Virus record (IMG/VR): IMGVR_UViG_3300037852_000136
Coordinates: 1,665 to 65,664 of that record
Length of the DNA: 64,000 nucleotides
Source of the DNA: a virus
Taxonomy: Duplodnaviria; Caudoviricetes
Strand: one strand, 5' to 3'
Below, one piece after another: positions 52,106 to 62,700 of this stretch. Numbering within the stretch: the stretch's first letter is position 1; the number at the start of each line of letters is the position of its first letter. The notes beneath the pieces were generated by a model. That model did not search any database. It was given only the letters and a program-made list of their open reading frames with translations, and was not told the DNA's origin. The position numbers were made by a program, and so were the translations under genes.

Positions 52106-52882
52106 ATGCTTACCTCCTACGAGACCCGCACCCGCCAGCTCTTACAAAACCCTTCGGCGCCGACCTCGCTATACGCGACGGTTGACATTGACTCGTGGAT
52201 CAATCAGGCGCGCGGGCAGCTTGCGGCTGAGACCGAGTGTATCCGGGTCATTGGCACGATCCAGACCGTCATCGGGCAGCGTAACTACAATTTTTCGGCT
52301 ATCAATATCGGCACGCCCTCGGTCACGGGAGCGCAGGGCGTTATTCATGTCCGGCGCATCATGTACAACGTGGCCTCCGGCCAGAAGATGGTGTACTCGC
52401 GCGGCTGGGAGTATTTCGATCAATTTTTTCTGAATAACCCGGTGCCGCAGAACGGGCCGCCATCGGAGTGGAGTCAGTACGGGCAAGGGTCTTCCGGGCA
52501 AGGCACGATTACGGGGCAAGGCACGGGTACGATGTCGACCGGCAGCTTCTATCTCGACCCGCCGCCGGATTTGGTCTACACTTTGAATTGCGACTGCACC
52601 TGCTATCCACAGGCTTTGGCGGCCGATGCGGACGTGGAGGCGATACCGTACATCTTTACGGATGCGATTCCCTACTTCGCGGGATATCTGGCGCTGCTGT
52701 CGGCGCAGACCTCCGCCCGGCAGGCGGATGCTGAACGTTTATTCGGATATTACGAGACATTCGTGCAACGGGCGCGGCGCTTCTCGAACCCCTCCGTGTT
52801 GCGCGGGCAGTACCAGCAGAGCCCCGATCCTACGACGCCGAACAAGCTCGGGCTGCAGAAGGCCGCCAATGGCAACGCTTAA
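52106..52882 (+). CDS. Head-tail adaptor protein
   Basis: IDSWINQAR..TVIGQRNY..GPP..YLDPPPD..Y; AAGGAG SD. Confidence 0.7.
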   Translation: MLTSYETRTRQLLQNPSAPTSLYATVDIDSWINQARGQLAAETECIRVIGTIQTVIGQRNYNFSAINIGTPSVTGAQGVIHVRRIMYNVASGQKMVYSRGWEYFDQFFLNNPVPQNGPPSEWSQYGQGSSGQGTITGQGTGTMSTGSFYLDPPPDLVYTLNCDCTCYPQALAADADVEAIPYIFTDAIPYFAGYLALLSAQTSARQADAERLFGYYETFVQRARRFSNPSVLRGQYQQSPDPTTPNKLGLQKAANGNA

Positions 52883-53795
52883 CACCTACCTTAAGGCCGC
52901 CCAGAAGCTTCTACACGAGAAGCGGCAGGAAGAACTCAACCCGCGCGATCTGATCGACTATATCAACGAGGGGCGGCGCGAGGTGGCGGAGCGGACGCAG
53001 TGTGTCCGCAGGCTCACGCCTATCTGCGGCTCGATCAGCGGGTGGACGATAACCAACGGAGGGCATGGATATACTGCGCCGACTTTTACGGTGAGCCCAC
53101 CCGACTTCCCGAGCGGCAACCCGATCAATCCGAACGGCTTGCAAGCGACTGCGACCGGCGTTGTTGCTGGCGGCGTTATCACGTCGATCTTTAGCCAAGC
53201 GGGAGGCGCTGGCTACTTCCAACCGCAACTGACAATCACAGATTCTACGGGAAGCGGAGCGACCGCGACCCCGATCATTCCGGGCGTTAACAAGCTCAAT
53301 CCCGGCCAGGAGAGCTACAACTTTTCCGACATCGACGTGAGCATGTTTCCCGGCATCGCTTCGATCTTCGCGATAAAATCGGTCAGCGTGATCTACGCGA
53401 ACTACCGCTATTCACTGCCGATGTACGCCTTCAGCGTTTATCAGGCAAAGATTAGGCAATACCCATTCCAGTACCAGTACGTCCCCTGCTTCGCTTCCCA
53501 GTTTGGGCAAGGCAACCAAGGTTCGTTTTACGCTTATCCGATTCCGTCTCAGACCTACCAATGGGAGTTCGATCTATTTTGCGAGCCGCAGGATCTGGTC
53601 GACGATCAGAGCGTGGACGTGATCCCAAACCCGTGGTCAGACGTGGTGCAATACTGGGCCGCATTCAAAGGCTACTCGGAGCTGCAAAATTTCAACGCGG
53701 CAAGATACTATCTAGATATGTTCGACAATATGACGCAGCGCAAGTCAAACTACGCTCGGATTGGACGGTCGGTTTCGCAATATGGACGATACTGA
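52869..53795 (+). CDS. Second adaptor paralogue with inserted GxGY repeat domain
   Basis: LIDYINEGRREVAERTQCVR aligns with 52106; GQESY; YPIPSQTY. Confidence 0.7.
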   Translation: MATLNTYLKAAQKLLHEKRQEELNPRDLIDYINEGRREVAERTQCVRRLTPICGSISGWTITNGGHGYTAPTFTVSPPDFPSGNPINPNGLQATATGVVAGGVITSIFSQAGGAGYFQPQLTITDSTGSGATATPIIPGVNKLNPGQESYNFSDIDVSMFPGIASIFAIKSVSVIYANYRYSLPMYAFSVYQAKIRQYPFQYQYVPCFASQFGQGNQGSFYAYPIPSQTYQWEFDLFCEPQDLVDDQSVDVIPNPWSDVVQYWAAFKGYSELQNFNAARYYLDMFDNMTQRKSNYARIGRSVSQYGRY

Positions 53796-53977
53796 TGCTC
53801 ACCGAGGACGAAGCCGCAACCAAGTGGTGCCCGTTCAACGTCGCACGCTCGACATCATCGCGCTGCATTGGTTCTGAGTGCATGATGTGGCAGTGGGGTC
53901 TTAAGCCGACCCCGCCAGACGCTTCCGCTCCCAAGGGTTATTGTGGGCTGTGCAATACGCAGTGGCGGCCGCAATGA
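53795..53977 (+). CDS. Small Cys-rich protein
   Basis: EAATKWCPF..CIGSECMMWQW..GYCGL. Confidence 0.65.
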   Translation: MLTEDEAATKWCPFNVARSTSSRCIGSECMMWQWGLKPTPPDASAPKGYCGLCNTQWRPQ

Positions 53978-56262
53978 GTTTGGAGAAGCCCTCCCCTCCA
54001 GAATCCGAGCAGCCAAATCCCTACTACCCTATTGGGCCATCCCCGCTGCTGTTCGAAGAGTTCAAGGGCATCTCCACCGATGTTCCACGCATCGGCGTGG
54101 ACGACCGACAAATGAGTTGGTGCGACGGCTTCATGCCGATCAAGAAGCGCAACTTGCGCACGCTTTACGGTAAAGGCCCGCTATTTTACACCGCCCCTGG
54201 CATTCTGACGATTGCGTTGTTCGGCTTCTATGAGATTGGCGCGATCCCTTACGCGGTCGTGTTCTTGAGCGACGGCAGCATCGTGCAGGTGCAGGTATCG
54301 AACGGGGCGACGATACCGATTGCGCCTGCCGGCACAATCATAAATCCTGTCATAACGAATGTCGGTTTTGATAACTATAGCAACCAGTACCTGATTATAG
54401 TTGCCAACCAAACGAACGGATACTGGTTGTGGGACGGGGCGTTGTTCTACCAATCGGGAACTCTTGGACCGACTGTTACGCTTACAAATGTGGGCGCTGG
54501 CTATAAGACGGTTCCTGTTGTAGTAGCGACAGGAGGAAGTGGAACAGGTGCTACTTTCGTGGCGTCGATCGCGAACGGCGTAGTGACCAACGTGGTCGAA
54601 ACCAATCCCGGAACGGGATATCTGCCGGGGCAGACGATCACGTTGGTCTTTTCAGGAGGCAATTCAGGTGGCTCGGGCGCTTCTTTGACCGCGGTTCTCA
54701 GTTCGACTGGCGGCGGCAGTGGTGCCACGTTTACGGTGGGGTTCACTGCCATATCAGGAAACCCCAATCACTGGAGAATATCTTCAGTCGGAGTCACGAG
54801 TGGCGGCAGCGGGTATTCACAATTTGCCACGCTTAATGTAACACTAACGTCCAGCAACAGTACCGTTTTTACAAGCGCGACTCTTCAGCCTGTTGTCGCT
54901 TCTGGGGCGATAACCGGAGTGACGATCGTAAACGGCGGCGATTACGAGCGCAGTTTTACCTCAAGTCCTCCGACTGCGACGTTATCAACGTCTGATCCTG
55001 GAAACTTTCACGTCACGTCGGTCACGATCGGCAGTGGCGGCAGCAATTATAGCGGTTCGACCACCATCTTGGCTTCCGCTGGCGGCTCACCGGTTCAGCA
55101 GGCGACTTTACAACCCATCATCACCGGCGGCGTCATCACGGGGGTGACCGTGGCGAGCGGCGGACTCTACGGCAGCAATACGCCGCCGACTCTTACGGTC
55201 AGCGACCCCGTTGTGAACGCGTCCGCCACGGTGGAGCTGATGCCATTTGGCGTTCAAGGCACCGCGGTTGAGACTTATGCGGGGCATGTGTGGGTGACGA
55301 ACGGATCCGAGGTCAACGCTACTGCCCCCGGCAGTGTGGTGGACTTCGCCACGAGCGACGGCGGCGTTAGCTTCACGTCGCCTAGCAATATCTTCACGGC
55401 CCTTGTTTCGACCAACGGCTTCCTGTTCATGATTGGCGATTCAGCCACTGACTATATTTCGGGTGTGACCACCAGCGGCACCCCGCCGACTACGACTTAC
55501 ACCTATCTCAACGCCGATCCTGAGATCGGCACGCCTTACCCAGCGTCGGTGCTGCCCTTTGGAAATCTCCCGATGCTCGCCAATTCGATTGGCGTTTATC
55601 AGCTTGCGGGTTCGACCTTCACCAAGGTCAGCGACGACCTCGACGGCTCGGGCATCCCCAACGGCTTGTGGAACTCGGTCGCCAATTTTGGCGGTAACCA
55701 GATCAGTTCTTCGAAGGCTACGGTCTTCGGCAAAAAAGTGTGGCTGTCGCTTGCTACCATCCTCGATCCGATCAGCGGCCTCCAAGTCAATAAGCTGTTC
55801 ATGTGGAACGGCTCATATTGGTGGGCCACGATGCAGGATGTCACGCTTACGTTTATTGCGTCCTACGAAAATAATTCTGTTCTCACGGCTTACGGGACGG
55901 ACGGCACGCGTATCTATCCGCTGTTCCAAACGCCTTCCGTCGGGTTCAGTAAGACAGTGCAGTCTCGCTTGTGGGACGCGCCCGGCGGTTACACGCACGT
56001 CAAGGCGGCCACTCGGCTTTGGGGCATCGCCTACGTTTATGCGAACACAAGCCCAACTTTCACGGTGAGCATCGACAACGAGAACGGAGTGATGGGAACG
56101 CCTTACACGATCACTCCCTCGGCGATCGGTTACTTCGAAATTCCACCTGAGGCAGTGGGGCAGCAGGGCATCATGACGGGCTTGACCATCACCACGTCCG
56201 CGGCCGACATGAGTCTGGTGAGCGTGGCGCTGCAGGATGAAATCGTGGGGTACAGAGGATGA
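53974..56262 (+). CDS. Tail nozzle/stabilisation protein (beta-propeller type) with GxGY repeat insert
   Basis: ~760 aa beta-rich protein after the adaptors; central TxxGxGY repeats. Confidence 0.68.
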   Translation: MSLEKPSPPESEQPNPYYPIGPSPLLFEEFKGISTDVPRIGVDDRQMSWCDGFMPIKKRNLRTLYGKGPLFYTAPGILTIALFGFYEIGAIPYAVVFLSDGSIVQVQVSNGATIPIAPAGTIINPVITNVGFDNYSNQYLIIVANQTNGYWLWDGALFYQSGTLGPTVTLTNVGAGYKTVPVVVATGGSGTGATFVASIANGVVTNVVETNPGTGYLPGQTITLVFSGGNSGGSGASLTAVLSSTGGGSGATFTVGFTAISGNPNHWRISSVGVTSGGSGYSQFATLNVTLTSSNSTVFTSATLQPVVASGAITGVTIVNGGDYERSFTSSPPTATLSTSDPGNFHVTSVTIGSGGSNYSGSTTILASAGGSPVQQATLQPIITGGVITGVTVASGGLYGSNTPPTLTVSDPVVNASATVELMPFGVQGTAVETYAGHVWVTNGSEVNATAPGSVVDFATSDGGVSFTSPSNIFTALVSTNGFLFMIGDSATDYISGVTTSGTPPTTTYTYLNADPEIGTPYPASVLPFGNLPMLANSIGVYQLAGSTFTKVSDDLDGSGIPNGLWNSVANFGGNQISSSKATVFGKKVWLSLATILDPISGLQVNKLFMWNGSYWWATMQDVTLTFIASYENNSVLTAYGTDGTRIYPLFQTPSVGFSKTVQSRLWDAPGGYTHVKAATRLWGIAYVYANTSPTFTVSIDNENGVMGTPYTITPSAIGYFEIPPEAVGQQGIMTGLTITTSAADMSLVSVALQDEIVGYRG

Positions 56263-56606
56263 AGCTTACAGAACTAGAACCACGTTGGATCGTGCTAGAC
56301 GGGCGCAAGGTAGGGATGCTGTTCCGTTGTCCGCATTGCAGAGAAACATGGCTTTCGTGCTTTTTTGAAAAGATGCCAATCCTGAATGGCGGCCAATGGC
56401 CGAACCAAGTTGCGCTATTCAAAACGCTGGTCGGCGAGGATGAAGCGCATAATGTGGTTCCGTGCAAGAAGGACAAAGCTTGGAATTTAGCAGGGGCCGA
56501 TCTTTCGAATTTATTTGATTTTTCAACGCTAACTGTTACTCCGTCACTTGACGCGAGTGCTTCGGGCCATTGGCACGGCTTTATAACGAATGGCGCGGCG
56601 CGATAA
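56259..56606 (+). CDS. DUF6527-like protein
   Basis: FRCPHC..W..LTVTPSLDASASGHWHGFITNG. Confidence 0.6.
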   Translation: MKLTELEPRWIVLDGRKVGMLFRCPHCRETWLSCFFEKMPILNGGQWPNQVALFKTLVGEDEAHNVVPCKKDKAWNLAGADLSNLFDFSTLTVTPSLDASASGHWHGFITNGAAR

Positions 56607-56953
56607 TGCCTCTTGCTCAACTCAGCGCCGTTCCCCACACTCCGGTTGAGACGCAGCAGTGGCAGTTTGCGAACGTTGCTTCGCATAGGGACATCATACG
56701 CCTCGTGGGCGTCACTAAGGGCATCCAGCTTGTGGAATACCCTCTTGAGCCGTTCGACCCGAACGACCCTAACAGCTTGCAGAACTTCTTGAATCTTCAT
56801 GCCGACATGCACCAGCAGATGGACAAGGCTCTCGGGCTGCCTAGTTACGCCTTGAGCGAGCTTGCCTGGACTGATAGTGTCGCCTTGGCGCAATGGATCA
56901 GCCAGCATTATGTTGAGCACCAAGCCGCCAGCTCGCTTTTAGGAGTCTCATGA
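56606..56953 (+). CDS. His-containing virion-module protein
   Basis: TAATG overlap; H..MH..H..EH pattern. Confidence 0.65.
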   Translation: MPLAQLSAVPHTPVETQQWQFANVASHRDIIRLVGVTKGIQLVEYPLEPFDPNDPNSLQNFLNLHADMHQQMDKALGLPSYALSELAWTDSVALAQWISQHYVEHQAASSLLGVS

Positions 56954-57450
56954 TGGCCACAGCCGAAGCCGTTCGGCAAACCACCAAGATGCCCAACGCC
57001 GCCGCGGTCGCTGGTAATCCGCCGTTGGCGGGCGCGCCCGTCACCCGCCGCTTCGATATCGCCGACCTGCAAAAGCATGGCGGCTGGATCATGGCCCGCC
57101 TCCAGAAGGCCCGACCAACCCTGAGCGAGCCGCAGATCATGCAGTGGCTCAGGAGCATGATCTACTCGAACGAGCATCTTTTCCTCTACCAGGAGCACGG
57201 CTGCGCGCTCGCCCAGACGGTGCGGGAGGAGACGCTCGCCGGCACTCCGGTGGTGCGGGAGCGGTTCGTGTTCGCCGAGGAGGGCCATGCCGAGGGTGCT
57301 GCCGAGTTTTATACCCACATCTTGCAGTGGGCCAAGAACCAGGGTGTGACCACCATCGTGGTGGAAGAGATGACGGACGTGCCGCACGACTTGATCAAGG
57401 AGAAGCTCGGCCGCCTGTTCGAGCGCAAGCAGGTGTTCGCCCGCCTGTGA
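56950..57450 (+). CDS. GNAT-like protein (position of podovirus internal-virion/acetyltransferase gene)
   Basis: RRFDIADL..FVFA..ILQWAKNQGVTTIVV. Confidence 0.5.
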   Translation: MMATAEAVRQTTKMPNAAAVAGNPPLAGAPVTRRFDIADLQKHGGWIMARLQKARPTLSEPQIMQWLRSMIYSNEHLFLYQEHGCALAQTVREETLAGTPVVRERFVFAEEGHAEGAAEFYTHILQWAKNQGVTTIVVEEMTDVPHDLIKEKLGRLFERKQVFARL

Positions 57451-57479
57451 CCCCGCTGACGCGGGGCTAGGAGTTGCCC

Positions 57480-58172
57480 ATGGCCTTCGACCCCAACTTC
57501 AACCTGACTGACCCGACCGGCGGCAACCAGACGCCCTCGCTCGACGGCAATATTGCCGGTGGCGCGGCCTCTAGCGGAGCTGGGGGCATCGCGTCCAGCC
57601 TGGGCAATATCGCGGGGCCGGGGCTCGCCCTCGGGGTGGGGGCCTACGACATCCTCAAGGGCGATCCGAACTCGGCGCCTGTGAACGCCCTCACCCAGGA
57701 GGCCGGCCAGCTTGGCGCAGAAGCCTCCCAGTTGACCACCCAGGGGCAGGGCCTCCAGTCGTACCTGGAGCAGGGCACGCTCCCTCCGGCCCAGCAGGCG
57801 CAGCTGGAGCTGGCTCAGAACGCCGCCAGGGCCTCCACCATCCAGGGGGCGGCCCAGCGCGGGCAGAACACCTCCCCGCTGGGGAACAGCGGCCTGAACC
57901 AGGATCTGAACTCGATCGGGCTGCAGACCGAGGTGGAGCGGGGGGCCTTGGAGAAGCAGCTGTTCGATGCCGGCAACAGCCTCATCACTCAGGGCAACCA
58001 GGCGCTTGGGATGGAGGTGGGCATCCAGGAGAAGCTCGCCGCGATCGACGCTCAGCAGCAACAGGACACCACCAACGCCATCATGGGGTTCGCCAAGTCG
58101 CTTGGGAGCATGGACTGGGGTAAGATCGGATCCTCCTTGACCCCCCTCTTGGCGCCTCTAGCGGCGGCGTAA
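57480..58172 (+). CDS. Internal virion/DNA ejection protein
   Basis: Gly/Ala/Gln-rich, amphipathic; position. Confidence 0.6.
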   Translation: MAFDPNFNLTDPTGGNQTPSLDGNIAGGAASSGAGGIASSLGNIAGPGLALGVGAYDILKGDPNSAPVNALTQEAGQLGAEASQLTTQGQGLQSYLEQGTLPPAQQAQLELAQNAARASTIQGAAQRGQNTSPLGNSGLNQDLNSIGLQTEVERGALEKQLFDAGNSLITQGNQALGMEVGIQEKLAAIDAQQQQDTTNAIMGFAKSLGSMDWGKIGSSLTPLLAPLAAA

Positions 58173-58187
58173 CCCCAAAGGGGCCAA

Positions 58188-59765
58188 ATGGCTGGTTTGC
58201 AGGGTGAGACGATCACGGGCGTCGAGGTGGACGGGGTGCCGACCTCTGGGCCGCCGATCGGTGGGGGAGACAATATCGCGGCGCCCGACAAGGTGACCTC
58301 GGGGCTTGCCGATATCCAGCAGCAAGGAAACACCGCCAAGGAGGGGTTGTACGGCAACATCGCTCACATGGCGAACGAGGATGCGTTTCGCGCGCATCAC
58401 GCCTATGACGCCGAAGCTGCTACTGCGCACGACATTCCGACGTGGAACGAGGAGGAGCAGAAACAGAAGTTTGCCACCGACCCGGTGAGGGCGTTCGGCT
58501 CCGTGGGCAGCGTGTTCGCCATGATCGCCGCGGCTTTCACGCATCGCCCTATGATCAACGCCCTGCAAGGCTCGGCCGCCGCCATGGACGCCATCAAGGC
58601 GGGCGACGATAAAGCCTACGACCAAGCATTCACCGCCTATAAGACCAATGCGGACCTCGCCATTAAGCGTCACCAGATGATGCACGAGGAGTATCAGGAT
58701 GCGCTGTCCTTGATGCACACCGACATGGCGGTTGGGGAAGCCCAGCTCAAGATGGCGGCCATGAAGTACGACGACAAGCAGATGCTGTTTCTGACCGAAA
58801 ACGGTCTCAGCGATCTGCGCGACAAGCTCATCACGGGACGTGCCAAGGCGCTCGAATCGACCGTGGAGGCGAACAACAAGATTGACGCGTTGTCACTGCG
58901 CCGTCAGACATTCGACAGCATGAAGGCGGACGTAGAGAAGTCCGGTATCCCGAAGGACGATCCGCGCTATGCCGCCCTCATGGCGGAAGCTGGACGCCGG
59001 GCGTTCGCCGGTAAGGAAACCCCCATCGATCCGCAGATGTGGCAGTGGGAGATGCAGCACGCGCAGGATCATGATGGCAAGGGGCCGACCGCCGAGGAGC
59101 GGCAGAAGTTTTACCAGGGCTTTCGGCTGACGGGCGCTGGTGTGGCAGGTGGCGCTGGCTCGAATCTTACCAAGGCGGTAGGCGCTTTGGAGGAGGATAT
59201 CTACAAAGACAATATCGCGGCCGGGATGCCGGAGACTGCCGCGCGTGCGGACGCGATCAAGCGGGCCAAGGAGGCGAACGCGCCACCCATCACCGGCAAC
59301 GAGCGCGAGAAGCTTGAAGCGCATCTCGGGCAGTTCACCGAGGCCGACACCCTGATCGATCGAGTCACCAGTACGCTCGATCGATACGTCGGGGCGGCGG
59401 GCGTCGCCGGCAAGGCGACCCGCATGGGCGAGCGGCTGAGCAACCTTGCGGGCGGCAAGGAAACCGATCGGGTGCAGTTGATGCGCGACATCAGCGAGTT
59501 GCAACTGATGGCTCCGCGCCTCTTGCTCGACGCTTCCGGCCGTCCGCTTGCCGCGGAGGCGGGTCACGTCAATGATGTGATTGCCGGGTTGAGCGCGGGC
59601 GATACCACTGCCAACACGCTACGCTCCATGAAGGAGATCAAGGAGCAACTGGCGCGCATGAAGCAGCGGCAGGAGCAGCGTTTGGGAGAGACACCAAAAT
59701 CTACTCCTGCTGCACCAGCTAAGCCGAAGGCTGCCCCGTGGGCGAACGATCCTGAAGTGCAATGA
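58188..59765 (+). CDS. Internal virion/DNA ejection protein
   Basis: 525 aa, helical, Ala-rich; position. Confidence 0.62.
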   Translation: MAGLQGETITGVEVDGVPTSGPPIGGGDNIAAPDKVTSGLADIQQQGNTAKEGLYGNIAHMANEDAFRAHHAYDAEAATAHDIPTWNEEEQKQKFATDPVRAFGSVGSVFAMIAAAFTHRPMINALQGSAAAMDAIKAGDDKAYDQAFTAYKTNADLAIKRHQMMHEEYQDALSLMHTDMAVGEAQLKMAAMKYDDKQMLFLTENGLSDLRDKLITGRAKALESTVEANNKIDALSLRRQTFDSMKADVEKSGIPKDDPRYAALMAEAGRRAFAGKETPIDPQMWQWEMQHAQDHDGKGPTAEERQKFYQGFRLTGAGVAGGAGSNLTKAVGALEEDIYKDNIAAGMPETAARADAIKRAKEANAPPITGNEREKLEAHLGQFTEADTLIDRVTSTLDRYVGAAGVAGKATRMGERLSNLAGGKETDRVQLMRDISELQLMAPRLLLDASGRPLAAEAGHVNDVIAGLSAGDTTANTLRSMKEIKEQLARMKQRQEQRLGETPKSTPAAPAKPKAAPWANDPEVQ

Positions 59766-62700
59766 CTGACACCAACACCATTGATCCCAAAGGCACCGAT
59801 GCGTACTTCGGCCCGGTCACGCGCCGCGGGGCGGAAGCTGCCGACGCGCTTCCTGATAAGCCGCCAACTAAGATCGCGGGCGAGGACGATTACGCTGCGC
59901 TCAAGCCTGGCACCACGTTTGTGGATCCCGACGGCAAGACCCGCAAGAAGGCGTACGCGGTCACAGACGACGCCAGCTACGAGGCGGTGCCGGAGGGTGA
60001 GCACTACACCGACCCCGAGGGAAAGACGCGCCAGAAGCCCAAATATGAGGGCATCGATGTCACGGCGCAGACCCTTTACGATATGTCGATCAACGACAAG
60101 GAGCGGCAGAAGGCGCTTGAGCGCTCCTACCCCGGCAAGGTCAAGAAAAAGGGTGACGACTTCTACGTGGAGGACGAAGGCGGCGTGCTGCGCAAGCCAG
60201 GCCGCGGGCCATCGGCTGTAGGCGGTTTCATAGCCTCTCAGGTAGCTCCTGTAGGAGGGGCGATCGGCGGCTCGATCGGCGGTGCTGCGGTCGGTAGCGT
60301 GGCTCCCGGCCCCGGCACGGTCGCGGGGGGTATCGCGGGCGCGGCAGGCGGATCGGCCCTAGGTCAAGGCTTCAACGACGCCATCCTTCAGCTCGCGGGC
60401 GTCTACGACCGGTCAGGCAGCGAGGAAGCCGCGAACCTGGGCGAAGCAGCCGCCTTCGGGGCCGTCGGCGAGGGCGCGGGACGCGCTATTGCGGGTGCGG
60501 CGCCGTTCATCAAAGGGAAGATAGCAAACACTCTTCCGGCTGCTGCCGCCAAGTTCCTGGGTGCTGATCCTGCCGGGTTGGAGCAGGCGATCGGTTTGAG
60601 CGAGAAGGGCGTCCTGGTGCCCCCATCAGGCTGGGCCAAAGAAGCGCCGCATATTCAGAACGTCGTAGAGGTGTTCGACCCGGCCTTCCACACTCAGAAG
60701 CCGCTGCTGCAGTCGGCGACCGAGCACTACGAGGAGAGCGCCACCAACATCGCAGAGAGCGTGGGCGCCAAGCCGGCCGGTAAATTCAGCGATCCACAGG
60801 CGGCGGTGTCGACCGAGAAGGCGGGTGAATCCATTCTGGGGCGTACCCGCGAGGAGTCGCGCATTGCGGACGAAAATTTGCGCAGGGCTCTGGAGTTGCG
60901 CAGAGGTGCAGCATCGGCTGATCTTGCTTCGAAGGAGGTAGCGGCTGGATCCCACATGGAGGCGCTCAAGCGCGCAGAGGTCGAAAGTCGCAAGGCCGCT
61001 GAAGCCGTGATCGACGAAGGCTTCAAGCACATTCAGGGCGATATCGACACCGCCATGAAGGTTGCGAAGGCAGGCGGCAATAGCGGCGACCTCTGGTGGA
61101 ACGTGGGCGAGAAGCTCAAGGCGGTGAAGCAGGGCATAGCGGCGCGGGCGTCCAAGATGTACGGCGAGGCGGATGCGCTGGCGGGCGATCATTTACCTAA
61201 TGTTGAGGGGTTATCGGAATCCGCTGCCGATTTTCTTGCGCAATTGCCTGAAGGGTTTGAAGGGCGATACCCTTCGATCGTTAAGCAACTTCGCGATTTG
61301 GCGGGGGTGGAGAAACCACCACAACCTCCGAAGCCCATAGTTCAAGATAATCAACCGCGTCCTCCCACAGTGCCAAAATATGATCAGGCTGTGCAGGATC
61401 AGTGGTTCGAAAATGAATTGCGTACCAATTTCGGAACAAGTAGCAAAGCACTGGACGCTCAATCGAAATTGAGAGGGACTTCTCCAGATCAAATGCTTGA
61501 TAGGTTGGCGCAACGACTTCAATTGGAAGCAGAAGCTGCGCGATGGTTAAAACCGCCAGTCAAGCCGACGTTCGGGCAGTTGCATGAGATGCGCTCGATC
61601 ATTCGTCAGAACATCAACTATCACGACCTCACCCCCGGCATCCGGGAAGGCGTCTATAAGTTCTTTGCCAAGAAGGTGGATGAGATACTGCACGATCCCG
61701 AGGCGGTGCCAGCCCTGAAGGACGCATCTCAGGCGTTGAAGTTGGCTGACGCCTTCTATCGCGAAAATATGCGCCCCCTGACCGACAAGAATATTCAGGC
61801 GGTGGTGAGTGGGCTGGAGTCGGGGTTGCCGGCCGATCCCAAGAACCTGTTTGACACCTTGGTGAAGGAAGGTCGATCGGACTTGACCAACAAGGTAAAA
61901 ACATTGGTAGGTCCGAATTTGTGGGCTGGCGTGAAGGCGGCCGACACGCAGGAAATGCTGGATCAGGCCAAGACCCTGGTGCCGGGCCAGATCGATGGCA
62001 AGCGTTTCGCCCGGCAGGTGGTAGATCGGGTGCGTTCCGGGATGCTGGAGGCTGTGCACGGCAAGGAGGCATCCGCCAAGCTATTGGAGCAGGCGCAACG
62101 TGTCGCCATGCTGGACGGCAAGCTCGACATTTCGGCTCGCCCTGGTGACACCATTACGACCATCATCGGCAAGGCAAGAGCTGCCAAGGAGGCGGCTCAA
62201 GCGGCTGCCAAGGCGGATCCCCTCAAAACCTTGAGCAAGGAGATGCAAGGTATCGAGCGGGAATTTGCCGCCGAACGAAAAAAACTGCAAGCGATACGCA
62301 GTAACGATCCGCTGGCGTTCCTCTACAAACCGACAACCGGCGCTTCCGAAGCAGTGGATCATATCTTGGGAAAGGAAGACTTGATCTTGGCAGCGGCGAG
62401 CAAGTTTGGGGATAAGTCGCCCGAGTTCAACATGCTGCGCCAAGTGTGGGTGCAACGCGTGTTGCAGGGCACGCTGGATCCCGGCAAGAAGCTGGCGGGC
62501 GTGTCCGAAGAAGTGCAGCGCATCATGTTCCCTGGTGTGAGCCTTGACCAGATGAAAACGCTTGCCAAGGAGATGGACTTCTTGATGTCGAGTCGCGGCG
62601 TAAAGACGACTGCTACTTCGATGGCGGCGGTGTCTAAGGTGGAGCATCCGTGGGCATCCATCCCCGGCGGCAAGTTGGCGGGCAAAGTGCTGCCCGGTTT

